Sequence record: OK905446.1
DNA length: 64,000 nucleotides
Direction: 5' to 3' (one strand)
The notes under the pieces were generated by a model. That model ran no database searches. It worked only from the letters and a program-made list of their open reading frames with translations, and was not told where the DNA came from. Of this stretch, positions 9,319-18,609 are shown in pieces. How positions within the stretch are numbered: the first letter of the stretch is position 1; each line of letters opens with the position of its first letter. Both the position numbers and the translations under genes were made by a program.

Positions 9319-11552
9319 GTGACCTCTCTTGTGAAATTACCTTTCTTCGCAAAGCGAATATGCTTGTCGAACATGCTTTGTTCGTGCTTCTCACTGTGTG
9401 AGATAATAAACACGTTATCGTCGATGCTGCTCAGAATTTGGTTGATAGAATCAACACCATCAGAGTCAGCAGCAGAATCGAATACTTCATCGAGTACTAA
9501 CAAGTTAGTCATCGAGCCAGTACGTGCGCTTACCAAGTCACGGAATGCGAATAGCAATGCTAAGTCAATACGACAACGTTCACCTTGAGAGAATGACGTG
9601 TAACTAAAGTCATCACGACCACGAGATTTGATTGTCTCGTTGAATTCTTCGTCAAGAACAAAGTTGTAGTTCGCATTCATAGTCTTCAAGTAATCATTGA
9701 TGTACTTGTTGATCATTGGAATGTATTGTCGAACAATCATCGACTTCACGCCGTCGTCTTTTAGCAGCGTGCCAACTATAACACGACAATGCTTAGTTTG
9801 CAAGTCATTTTGTAACCCAGCTTTCACGCTTTTCACTTCTGCCGTTAGCTTTTTAATCAATGCCGTACGGTCTTCTGTGGCAGCCTTGGCTTTAACGTCT
9901 GCAATGTCTGCTACGATAGTAGCAATTGTCTTGGTCAACGCGGCTTCTTTTGTCACTACTGTAGCAAGTTCAGCTTTGTCTTTACCAATGTTTGCAGTCA
10001 GTTCTTCGCGTTCACTCGCACCTTTCTTGGTCAGCGACGCATTAATGGTTGCATACTGAGATACAATATCAGCACGTGACTTCGATTGCGTTTCGCGCAA
10101 TAGAGACAATGCATCATTGAAAGTGCTTGTCAGCTTCGACATTGCTTCACGCTGTGCGTCAACTACTTCAGCACGATTCGCAGATTGCTTCTTAATGAGC
10201 GTAGAACGCTCTGTGCGCTGTTTTTCATCTAAAGCTGAACGTTCACTCGCACGAGTGCTAATAAACTCAGCACGCGCTTTAGATTGCGCTTGAGCAGCAC
10301 GAATCTTGTCAGCAAGTTCTTTCGTTTCTTTAGTCAGCGTTGCAATTTGCTGATCAGCCATGTCAATCACACTCTGAGCGAAGTCAGAAGAGATTGTTTG
10401 CTTACACGTAGAACACTCACAGTCACCATTCTTCTCAAAGAATTCTTTGTTTTCTTTAAGTTTGGTGATTTCTTTCTTGTTACCCAATACCGTAGACGTA
10501 TCAGCGGCAATTTCATCAGCATTTGGTGCTTCTGGTGTGCTTGCTTCAGTCTCTTTGTCGAAATCAATCAACGCTTGAGAGTGATCTTTGTCGAGGTCAA
10601 GAACTTCTTGTTCATTGAGTTCGTCAATTACGTTCTGTTCGCTTGTCTGCTTCGCCTTGAGTCCGTCGATTTCGGCTTTCTGATCATCTTCAATCTTGGC
10701 GATATTGGCACGATGTTCAGCATCTATGTTGGCAAGTTCAGCATTCTGCTCTTCTTCAGCCGATGCTAATTCTTCAGCCAGCTTTGCCTTCAAGTCGCGC
10801 AAAATCGTACTATCAGCACTGATTTGATTTTCAAGCTCAGAAATAACAGACCCAAGCGGTCGAAGTTCGTCTTCAGCTTCTTTCTTACGCTCTTCAAGTT
10901 GAGCCAAATCACCATCACGGTTGTCTTGTTGCTCTTTTTGGAACTGAATGTGCAGTTTCAATTCACCCATGCGACGTTCGATGTCAGCTTCGATTTCCTT
11001 GATCTGCTCATTGAGTTTCTTCAGCGCGACTTTGTTCAACGCTGCCATGTCACTGAAGATACCAATATCAAGCAAGTCTTCGACGATTTCACGACGCTTT
11101 GCAGCAGGTAACAGCATGAATGGCGTGTAACCAGCCGTACCAAGAACAGCGATTTGCTTAAACGTGCTCAAGTTCATCTTCAAGATGTTCTTTTCAAGCA
11201 TGTCTTGATAATCAGCAACCGCAGCTTCTTGAGGGATTAGCTCATCGTCTTTGTAGATTTCGAACTTGTTTGGCTTGATACCGCGAACAATCTTGTAAAC
11301 ATGCTTGTTGTCTTGAAAAACAATTTCAACCAAAAGCTTTTTCTTGTTCACTGCGTTGACAATCTGAGTCTTTTTGATGTTACGGAATGGTTTGCCGTAC
11401 AGTGCAAAACAGACTGCCTCAATGTACGTTGATTTACCAGCACCGTTTGTACCAGTAATCAACGTTTTATTGAATTCGTCTAGCAAAACAGTGATCGGCG
11501 TGTTGCCGACCGACATGATGTTGCTATACGTTACTTGTTTGAATTTAATCAT
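9315..11552 (-). CDS. 46: Recombination endonuclease ATPase subunit (Rad50/SbcC-like)
   Basis: Start MIKFKQV; GTNGAGKST, CxxC hook (CECSTC), FSQGE, LLVLDEVFD. Confidence 0.98.
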   Translation of the reverse strand: MIKFKQVTYSNIMSVGNTPITVLLDEFNKTLITGTNGAGKSTYIEAVCFALYGKPFRNIKKTQIVNAVNKKKLLVEIVFQDNKHVYKIVRGIKPNKFEIYKDDELIPQEAAVADYQDMLEKNILKMNLSTFKQIAVLGTAGYTPFMLLPAAKRREIVEDLLDIGIFSDMAALNKVALKKLNEQIKEIEADIERRMGELKLHIQFQKEQQDNRDGDLAQLEERKKEAEDELRPLGSVISELENQISADSTILRDLKAKLAEELASAEEEQNAELANIDAEHRANIAKIEDDQKAEIDGLKAKQTSEQNVIDELNEQEVLDLDKDHSQALIDFDKETEASTPEAPNADEIAADTSTVLGNKKEITKLKENKEFFEKNGDCECSTCKQTISSDFAQSVIDMADQQIATLTKETKELADKIRAAQAQSKARAEFISTRASERSALDEKQRTERSTLIKKQSANRAEVVDAQREAMSKLTSTFNDALSLLRETQSKSRADIVSQYATINASLTKKGASEREELTANIGKDKAELATVVTKEAALTKTIATIVADIADVKAKAATEDRTALIKKLTAEVKSVKAGLQNDLQTKHCRVIVGTLLKDDGVKSMIVRQYIPMINKYINDYLKTMNANYNFVLDEEFNETIKSRGRDDFSYTSFSQGERCRIDLALLFAFRDLVSARTGSMTNLLVLDEVFDSAADSDGVDSINQILSSIDDNVFIISHSEKHEQSMFDKHIRFAKKGNFTREVT

Positions 11553-11775
11553 TAGCGATTTGCTCCCAACGCTCGATAGCTTCTTCTTTCGACACACCGT
11601 ATACGGTTAGATTGTGTTCGACGAATAGCGGCAGTTCTTGGTCGTAATCACTATCGTAATCACACTCAATAATCCACCCTAGAAAGCTACAACCTTTCGC
11701 AGCTATATTTGAACGATGTACAAATGGTTCGTGACCACAGATTTTACACGGACTTAGCTTAATTTGTTCAGCCAT
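11545..11775 (-). CDS. Small Zn-finger protein, Lar (restriction alleviation)-like
   Basis: KLSPCKICG...IEC...SKEEAIERWE pattern resembles the Lar family. Confidence 0.55.
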   Translation of the reverse strand: MAEQIKLSPCKICGHEPFVHRSNIAAKGCSFLGWIIECDYDSDYDQELPLFVEHNLTVYGVSKEEAIERWEQIAND

Positions 11776-12818
11776 TACGCATTCTCCAAAGCTTCAGCAC
11801 GAAGCGCCGAGAAAATAGCTTTGACTTTCGATTTAACTTCAGTCGATTCGTCTAGAGTATCGGCATACTCGGCAACATAATCGTCGATGTCTTTGATCGA
11901 TTTGATGTCGTCAGCTACGTCTTTCTTGATGTCTAACTCATCTAGAGTCTGGCACGCATGTGCAATTTGTGCAATACGGTCTTCTACGACATCAAACGAG
12001 ATTTCACGCTTGTCACTTGAACGGCGTTCAACGATGATCTTAACGTTTCTGTTCTCATACGAAGGGATGGTCTTCGCGTCAAACGTTTCAGCATCAAAGT
12101 ACAGCTTCGTATGCCAACAATCTGGGTTCTCGATGAACTCCATTTCATGAGTTTCAGTATCAAACAACCAAAAACCACGCTTGTCGTCAGCATCCGCAAG
12201 AGTCAACGTATATGGCGTACCAAGATAGTTGATATTACCCGCTTGTGATTGAGTGTGAAAGTGACCAGACCATACTTGCTTGTATTTCTTCAAGAAGCCC
12301 GAATCAAGACAACCAGTAGCTTTCTGACCTTTATGAAACTCGAACCCGTTTAGCTCAAAGTGACCCACACAGTACTCAGACGTGCTATTTTTGATAAATT
12401 CGTCGATTTCAACCGCGTTTTCTTTACAAATCCATGGGATAATGTCAATGGCAACACCATCAAACTCGACAGTAGTCGGTTTTTCATAGATCGTAACGTC
12501 TGGAACGATACTCAATACTTCGTACGGCGTATTGGGAACTATGCATTCACGCAAGTGCATGTCATGGTTACCCACTAGAACGTGAGTGTCAAACCCTTTC
12601 AACATGCCATTCAAGTACGTACGTTGAAACATCAATGTTTCTTGAGTTGCGCCACGACGTACGTCAAACCAGTCACCAAGTTGGATGATTTGTTTCACAC
12701 CGCGCTCTTCGAGTTCAGCAAACATGAAATCGAAGAATTTGCGCTGATAGTTTTGAACCCACATGTCGTCATCTTTAATGCCGATATGCAAGTCACCTAG
12801 CAATGCTACTTTGCTCAT
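11775..12818 (-). CDS. 47: Recombination endonuclease nuclease subunit (Mre11/SbcD-like)
   Basis: GDLHIG, GDWFD, VGNHD, SGHFH. Confidence 0.98.
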   Translation of the reverse strand: MSKVALLGDLHIGIKDDDMWVQNYQRKFFDFMFAELEERGVKQIIQLGDWFDVRRGATQETLMFQRTYLNGMLKGFDTHVLVGNHDMHLRECIVPNTPYEVLSIVPDVTIYEKPTTVEFDGVAIDIIPWICKENAVEIDEFIKNSTSEYCVGHFELNGFEFHKGQKATGCLDSGFLKKYKQVWSGHFHTQSQAGNINYLGTPYTLTLADADDKRGFWLFDTETHEMEFIENPDCWHTKLYFDAETFDAKTIPSYENRNVKIIVERRSSDKREISFDVVEDRIAQIAHACQTLDELDIKKDVADDIKSIKDIDDYVAEYADTLDESTEVKSKVKAIFSALRAEALENA

Positions 12819-13324
12819 TTTTTCTCACTCATAAGGTAAGCCACAACCGAATGCCAGTCAGGGAATTCGTCTGTGCCAAAGTGAATATGTTCGCCCATGA
12901 ACTCACCTGCACCGTTTTTCGTGCGATCGTCGATGAGATAATGACCGAAGTTCAATTGTTTGTTGTGAGACAAGATCAGACGCTTATAAGCACCTTTACC
13001 TAAGTAACGCTCAACCCATAGTCGCTTGTCTTGCCATGACCCGGGATTGTCCCACGGGGCGGTAGACAGTATATAGCAATCAAAGTGTTTGTTCAACACT
13101 TCAAACGCAGCAACTGCGCCGTTTAACGGCTTCATGTGTGAGAAGATACCCGGACATTCGTCGTATCGACCTTGATATTGATTCTTTTCCCACATAGAAA
13201 GAGTATCAATCCCACTTTGGAAATCAACCAATACGTTGTCCATGTCGAAATAAACAATCGGCTTGTCTACTTTCTTCGCACGAGTGATCGCACGAATCAT
13301 TAGTTTAACTACATTCATCAGCAT
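12815..13324 (-). CDS. 5'(3')-deoxyribonucleotidase (HAD, NT5C-like)
   Basis: YFDMDNVLVDF, ILSTAPW, HNKQL...YLIDDR. Confidence 0.88.
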   Translation of the reverse strand: MLMNVVKLMIRAITRAKKVDKPIVYFDMDNVLVDFQSGIDTLSMWEKNQYQGRYDECPGIFSHMKPLNGAVAAFEVLNKHFDCYILSTAPWDNPGSWQDKRLWVERYLGKGAYKRLILSHNKQLNFGHYLIDDRTKNGAGEFMGEHIHFGTDEFPDWHSVVAYLMSEKK

Positions 13325-13769
13325 CTTTTTGAAGATAATCCCGAATCTCTGTCAATCGGCTACAGAATTCTTGTACAGTTAAAACCGTCTCTGCCTGCTT
13401 CTTACGCCCGATTGAATGAGTAAGGGTAGCTTTACCAGTAGCAAGCAGTGCCTTTTGAAATTTGACGTTCTGAGCTAACGCTGCATAGGCATCGTCAAGT
13501 AATGTCTGATAGCCGATTGATGCGCGTTGAATAGGCTCACCTTGCCAATAAAGTGTCTGAGTGCGTTGCCATTTTTTCTTCGCACCGCGTGCTTTAGCAA
13601 CCTTGCCTACAAGTTTGCAGACTTCACGTTGCATATCTGGGTTTTTGAACTTCAGTCCCTGAAGAAACCCTTCCATAGACGCACACTCAACACCACGCAC
13701 AGTAAATGCATGTGGTGCGAAGTTAGACAAAGCACTAGCTGGATAGCCAGCGCCTGATTTAATGTCCAT
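13305..13769 (-). CDS. NADAR-family protein (T4 gp30.3-like)
   Basis: YPASALSNFAPHAF...ASMEGFLQGLKF...LYWQG...KALLATG. Confidence 0.85.
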   Translation of the reverse strand: MDIKSGAGYPASALSNFAPHAFTVRGVECASMEGFLQGLKFKNPDMQREVCKLVGKVAKARGAKKKWQRTQTLYWQGEPIQRASIGYQTLLDDAYAALAQNVKFQKALLATGKATLTHSIGRKKQAETVLTVQEFCSRLTEIRDYLQKDADECS

Positions 13770-14125
13770 TACTGACCAACAGTCGCTTTAGATTCAGCAA
13801 ATGAGCGAATAATCGTCAGTACTTGATCGCGACTTGTTTGCCACAATGTTTCAAGCACGTCGTCACCGACATTCTGACCAGTAATTGAACGAAGCTTGCG
13901 AATAGCATAGATGTAACCATCTTTGTTATCGTCAATCAGACACTTTTCAGCGTGTTTGTGAAGACGTTTAATCTCACGTGAATTCTTCTTGATTCGACGC
14001 TTCGCTTCTTTTTCAACAAGCTCACGACGCTGATTTTGAAGAGTTTCAAGATAGTCTAGTACTTCTTGATCTTCGACTACATCAACAATTTCGTTGTCGT
14101 TAAGTAAATCTGGCTTTTCTTGCAT
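13769..14125 (-). CDS. a-gt.4-like conserved protein
   Basis: EAKRRIKKNSREIKRLHKHAE...YIYAIRKLR...LW; position between genes 55 and 47. Confidence 0.7.
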   Translation of the reverse strand: MQEKPDLLNDNEIVDVVEDQEVLDYLETLQNQRRELVEKEAKRRIKKNSREIKRLHKHAEKCLIDDNKDGYIYAIRKLRSITGQNVGDDVLETLWQTSRDQVLTIIRSFAESKATVGQ

Positions 14126-14586
14126 TACTGCTCCTTGTTTTCGTTCAGCATTTGAAGCTGATCGATGATAAATTGAAATTGTGTATGGCTAGAGAATGGC
14201 AGAATTTTACCACCGCGTTGTGCATGACGTTTAAGAGCGTAGCGGTCTTCGGCAATCAAAAGCGTGTCTTCGTCGTTCTCGACTTCTTGAAAATCAGTGT
14301 ACATGATGTCAAGATTTACGTGCTTGCTGATTGCATCAAACCATGCGCGTTGCTGTTCAGCAATCACTTCTACTTGGCTTAAAACGGCAATGAAAGGAAT
14401 TTTCTCAGTCAATAGAAAATCAAGTACAGCAGTTGACGGCATGCGCTCATAAAGCTTGATTTCGATAGCTTTGTTAAGAACTGTGTCACGCTTTTCTTTA
14501 GGAAGCTGCTCGTGATTAGGGGCACCGCCCATTGAAAATCCGAGAGTGTCATCAGAAAGGATGTTGCTTGTTTCAATATAAATCAT
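14125..14586 (-). CDS. Hypothetical protein
   Basis: 153-aa ORF with SD and an upstream TTTAAC-17-TATAAT promoter at about 14605-14633. Confidence 0.75.
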   Translation of the reverse strand: MIYIETSNILSDDTLGFSMGGAPNHEQLPKEKRDTVLNKAIEIKLYERMPSTAVLDFLLTEKIPFIAVLSQVEVIAEQQRAWFDAISKHVNLDIMYTDFQEVENDEDTLLIAEDRYALKRHAQRGGKILPFSSHTQFQFIIDQLQMLNENKEQ

Positions 14587-14654
14587 GATATTTCCTTCAA
14601 TGTTTGAGTATTATAGGTCAGTGAAGCGAGTTGTTAAACTCGCTTCTCAACTTT

Positions 14655-14927
14655 TTATAGATTATGTTTCTGTTTGATCTGAGCAACGCTTACAGAAAGA
14701 GCAGCGGAGAATTTCGCTTCTAATGTTTCTAGCGTATCATCTAGTGATACAGTAGCTAAACACATCGGATCAAGCATAAAAGTCACTTTATTTTCGTCGT
14801 ACGATTTGATAGTCAAGTCTTCATCTGGGAAGATCATGAACTCGTTTGACCAGAAAGCGAAAGACGTAGCAGGGCAGTCTAGCATATCACGTACAGTTGT
14901 GAAGCGAATTGATTCAGTAATCATCAT
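14655..14927 (-). CDS. Hypothetical early protein
   Basis: Starts immediately after cassette copy 2. Confidence 0.75.
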   Translation of the reverse strand: MMITESIRFTTVRDMLDCPATSFAFWSNEFMIFPDEDLTIKSYDENKVTFMLDPMCLATVSLDDTLETLEAKFSAALSVSVAQIKQKHNL

Positions 14928-15004
14928 AATGTTCTCTCTTAGTTAGTCGATGTCGTTTCGATGTAGCTATAATACGAAAAAAGGGCTGCCGAAGCAACCC
15001 CTTT
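14925..15004 (-). promoter_or_regulatory. Terminator/early-promoter cassette copy 2
   Basis: TTGCTT(14992-14997)-17-TATTAT(14969-14974); leader almost identical to copy 1; hairpin terminates the upstream late operon. Confidence 0.85.
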
Positions 15005-15021
15005 CTTTAAAATAATCGAAA

Positions 15022-15669
15022 TTATTTTGTCCAGACTACAGAAGCACCTGAACCAGATTTCTTGTAACCATACTTTGACAAGTCTGGGATACGTTGAAAA
15101 CTGTCTTTAGCTGTAACCACACCGCGCTCGGAAATTTCTTTCGCGAGTTCTTTAGTGCCACCACCTGCGACAATCTGACCATAAATCTCTGGATATTCTT
15201 GAGCAATGAATTGCATCATTACGTCGTTTTTAGACTTACCAGAAATAACGTTGAAAACTGTCTGTGTGATGTCAGTACCGCGAGTGATGTGGAACACTTT
15301 ACCGCGAGTACGAGATTCAACGTCACGAATGATCTCAGCTTCTACTTCTTCAGGCACAACGTTCAATACGTATGACGTGAATCCAGTATCGAATGTCTCA
15401 CCGTTTGGAATAGTCAAACTCACAGCTTCCCAACCATCTGCCGATGTACCGTTGAATTTGTCGTATGCATACGTTTTGATACCTTCGCCACGTAAGAATT
15501 CAGCGTTACGACCGTATTTGCCAGCGCCGTAATCAAGTGCTGTTCCGCCAGGCGTGAACATGCCTGACTTGAACAACTTAACTAACGCTGCAACTTCTTT
15601 ACCACGAATCGACGTAGCCGCTGAACTGTATTTCTGAACTTCAGATAGAAAATTGCAGAACTTTTTCAT
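15022..15669 (-). CDS. Class I SAM-dependent methyltransferase with capsid-targeting-like N-terminus
   Basis: Motif I ALDYGAGKYG, motif II YAYD, motif IV region FTSYVLNVV; N-terminus MKKFCNFLSE resembles the T4 internal-protein CTS MKTYQEFIAE. Confidence 0.8.
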   Translation of the reverse strand: MKKFCNFLSEVQKYSSAATSIRGKEVAALVKLFKSGMFTPGGTALDYGAGKYGRNAEFLRGEGIKTYAYDKFNGTSADGWEAVSLTIPNGETFDTGFTSYVLNVVPEEVEAEIIRDVESRTRGKVFHITRGTDITQTVFNVISGKSKNDVMMQFIAQEYPEIYGQIVAGGGTKELAKEISERGVVTAKDSFQRIPDLSKYGYKKSGSGASVVWTK

Positions 15670-15678
15670 TTTGTCACC

Positions 15679-17124
15679 TTATTTGATGTCGATGTTAATG
15701 TGGTATTGAGTATCGTTGACTTTGAAATCAATCAAAGTGCCATCAACTGATACGTCTACGCCTTCAGATACGATGCTTTCCATCATAGAGTAAAGCGTTT
15801 CTTGGTCAAGCATTGCTTCCGAGAATGACTGAGCTACTTTAAACGAACTGAACTGGTCATTTGCAAGAGCACGAATTAAGCTGTCAACGTCGTCGACCAT
15901 TTCAGTCACTGGACGTAGGCTTGACATCACTTGAGGGTGGAATACGCGATTTGCCGCTGATTCAGTAACGAATGCAGTAACAGTTTGACGTTCTGGCGTA
16001 ACACAACCGTCGAATTTCATCATTGCTTCAGCAAATGATTTACAATCGAAACGAGTCGCGCCTTTACTTTCCATCATTGCTACCATATCAAGAAGAGGAT
16101 AACCTGCTTCTGATAGCTCAACGCGATATTCTTCACACACGCGATTAGCACGCATAGCGTTACCAGCGTTTGTAAGAACAATGCTCGTGTTGTTGTGCTT
16201 CAGTTTCCAACCGTTGTCGAAATAAGCTTCTTTAACATCAACAAGATTTTGCCATGCAGTTGCTGAAAGCGGGGCACGCGCAATTTCTTTGGTGAATGCG
16301 TTCTGAGCATGTTCAATCATAGTGATTTTTTGCTTCATATCGTACGCTTTGAAGCCTTCAAGCATTGGTAGACCACTGTCTTCAGCTTTAGCACGTGCGT
16401 ATGATACGTCTTTCGCTTCTTTAACAACAAATTGATCCATGACATGACGGTTTAGTGAGCCAAGTGTCATAGCGCGATTCGCTGTCTTGATCTTGATTTC
16501 TTTCATTTCAGAAAGTTGAGCGTCGCTAGACACACTTTCAACAGTAACGTAAACGTCGCCTAGATTGATTGGTGCAGCTTGCGCAAGTACTTCAGACGCT
16601 GTTAGACCGTCAAATGAAAGTGATTCAATGATCAGCTTGTCAGAATCTGCAAGATTGATCTTCATTTCACCCATTGGGATAACAACGTGAATGTCTGATT
16701 TTTTGTAACCTAGCTTAGTTGCTTCAGTCACTACATCGTTCAAATCACCGCCTTTAATCACGATACTAGGAAGACGTGCTTCAGTACACATGATCATTGA
16801 CTTAACTTGCTGTAGAGCATGAGCAGGCATTGCTAAGAATTCGTTTTCCATAAGCAAGTTAATGGTGCTTACGTTCTCACTTAGATTAATGTCGAAGTTT
16901 TTCTCATCAACATTGACATCTTCAGCAAGTTTTGATACCATGATAGATTTAAGCTCATTTGCCTTTTCCATCATGCCGATAGTTGTTTCAACGCCTTTGC
17001 CTTTGCTGAACTCGGTAGAAGCAGTGCCTAGCTCAACAATAACTTGACCAAACTTAGGGTAGATTTTTCCACCCTGAGTTTGACGGCGATTTTCACTCAG
17101 AAATGAGTCAAAGTTACCTAACAT
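15679..17124 (-). CDS. Putative internal head protein, 481 aa
   Basis: N-terminus MLGNFDSFLSE (FxxFLxE, CTS-like); lies in the operon under TATAAATA at 18611. Confidence 0.6.
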   Translation of the reverse strand: MLGNFDSFLSENRRQTQGGKIYPKFGQVIVELGTASTEFSKGKGVETTIGMMEKANELKSIMVSKLAEDVNVDEKNFDINLSENVSTINLLMENEFLAMPAHALQQVKSMIMCTEARLPSIVIKGGDLNDVVTEATKLGYKKSDIHVVIPMGEMKINLADSDKLIIESLSFDGLTASEVLAQAAPINLGDVYVTVESVSSDAQLSEMKEIKIKTANRAMTLGSLNRHVMDQFVVKEAKDVSYARAKAEDSGLPMLEGFKAYDMKQKITMIEHAQNAFTKEIARAPLSATAWQNLVDVKEAYFDNGWKLKHNNTSIVLTNAGNAMRANRVCEEYRVELSEAGYPLLDMVAMMESKGATRFDCKSFAEAMMKFDGCVTPERQTVTAFVTESAANRVFHPQVMSSLRPVTEMVDDVDSLIRALANDQFSSFKVAQSFSEAMLDQETLYSMMESIVSEGVDVSVDGTLIDFKVNDTQYHINIDIK

Positions 17125-17133
17125 GTTAATTCC

Positions 17134-17646
17134 TTAATCGTAAAATTTCTGTAAGTTAATTGGTTCGTTCTTTTCGTCTGCATGAGCTTTAGGCGTCTTG
17201 CCAGATTCATAAGAATTGACACGTTCTAACATTTGCTGAAGAAACTCGAAGTCTGTTTCTTCACCGTCAGCGGTGTAGTTAGACGAATCGCATAAGAATA
17301 CTTTATATTTAATCGCTGTATCTTTTCTTTCTTTCTTAATACGTTGCACGAACGCATTGAAACAGATACGAGTGATATAAGCGTGTGGATTGTTGTATTT
17401 GTCAGTGTCGAAATTCTTGATGTAACGCAAACAGTGCTCGATTGCGTCACCAATCATTTCTTCTTTCCACGTAGCAGTATAACCACTAAAGTTGTAACGG
17501 CGAGATAAGTTCTCGCTAATCTTCATGATGCTGATTGCCACAACGTCTGGGACGGGGATCACAGCATCAGGATTCTTATTCATGTCGTCTTTCCATTCGC
17601 ATAAAGATGCGTATAGAGCTTTATTATCTACATAATGATTTTTCAT
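17134..17646 (-). CDS. 55: Late-transcription sigma factor
   Basis: NHYVDNKALY, KISENLSRRYNFSGY, EEMIGDAIE, NPHAYITRICFNAFVQRIKKE. Confidence 0.97.
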   Translation of the reverse strand: MKNHYVDNKALYASLCEWKDDMNKNPDAVIPVPDVVAISIMKISENLSRRYNFSGYTATWKEEMIGDAIEHCLRYIKNFDTDKYNNPHAYITRICFNAFVQRIKKERKDTAIKYKVFLCDSSNYTADGEETDFEFLQQMLERVNSYESGKTPKAHADEKNEPINLQKFYD

Positions 17647-17654
17647 GTCACACC

Positions 17655-18551
17655 TTATACTGTTACTGCGTATGTGTAAGACAGTTTAGAACTGTTAGCT
17701 AATGCACCAAGGTTGTCCCAGTCGATTTCTTCAGCGCCTGTTTGACCAGATTCAAGTGGAGGAACAGTCAATGCATATCGTGCAATAACACCATACACAG
17801 GGTGGAATGATTTTGGATCAGTGCCTTTGTACTGATACGCAATCGCACCATCAGTTGCGCGGTCAAATTTGTATGGGCTGAATACTAGACTTGAGATTTC
17901 GTAATCACCGAAGTCTTTCTTAACACCAACAGTAACATAGTCAGAAGTTGCGTATTTGTCGTGAACGATGTATAGACCAGACCATGCTTTATAAACGTCT
18001 GATTCACCGACACGCTGAACAACACCACAGCCAGTCAAGTAACCGAAACAATCACCACCCGCAACGACATATGTGCCTTTACAGCCAGTTGTCTTTTCAA
18101 TTGCTGCCGCAGCTAAATGAACTTGAGCATACAGGTCTTGACCTTTTTCCCAATCATTGTTACCCACAAGAGTGATAGCAGTACCAACGCTTGAAATTGC
18201 GTTCAGTGAGTCGATAATGTCACTATTGATTTCATCAGCGATTTGGTCAGCTAACGAGTCAACAATAACAGTATTGCTAACACCAAGTGCAGCCATATCT
18301 TGAATTGTTTCAAGAGAGATTTCAGTCTTCATTTTTGAAGATTTTACTTCAGCATACCAGCGATCAAGTCTAAACCCGAATTGAGTCCAGCCGCTTCCGT
18401 CGTCAGCTTCAGGTACAGCTTTAAAGCCATAAGCAGTTGCAACGGGCTGGGTTGTTGGCTGTTCAGAAACGATTTCCGTAAATACTAGCGGATATACTCG
18501 TTTTTGGACAGTAACAATGTCTGGTAAACCGTTACTATTCGATACAGTCAT
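17655..18551 (-). CDS. 24: Capsid vertex protein (gp23/gp24 HK97 fold), short form
   Basis: YPLVFTEIVSEQPTTQP, RKMKTEISLETIQD-type motif, DEINSDII, FSPY, GVIARYAL; late promoter upstream. Confidence 0.8.
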   Translation of the reverse strand: MTVSNSNGLPDIVTVQKRVYPLVFTEIVSEQPTTQPVATAYGFKAVPEADDGSGWTQFGFRLDRWYAEVKSSKMKTEISLETIQDMAALGVSNTVIVDSLADQIADEINSDIIDSLNAISSVGTAITLVGNNDWEKGQDLYAQVHLAAAAIEKTTGCKGTYVVAGGDCFGYLTGCGVVQRVGESDVYKAWSGLYIVHDKYATSDYVTVGVKKDFGDYEISSLVFSPYKFDRATDGAIAYQYKGTDPKSFHPVYGVIARYALTVPPLESGQTGAEEIDWDNLGALANSSKLSYTYAVTV

Positions 18552-18609
18552 TGTATGATTCCTTTAATTTATTGCCGCATTTCAGCGGAGAGAATGTACG
18601 TAATTTCTT

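Noticed and set aside
12815-15669. hmC or glucosyltransferase DNA-modification locus at the T4 a-gt position
   Set aside because: No dCMP hydroxymethylase or glycosyltransferase motifs; the MTase lacks canonical DNA-MTase motif IV, so DNA methylation is not asserted
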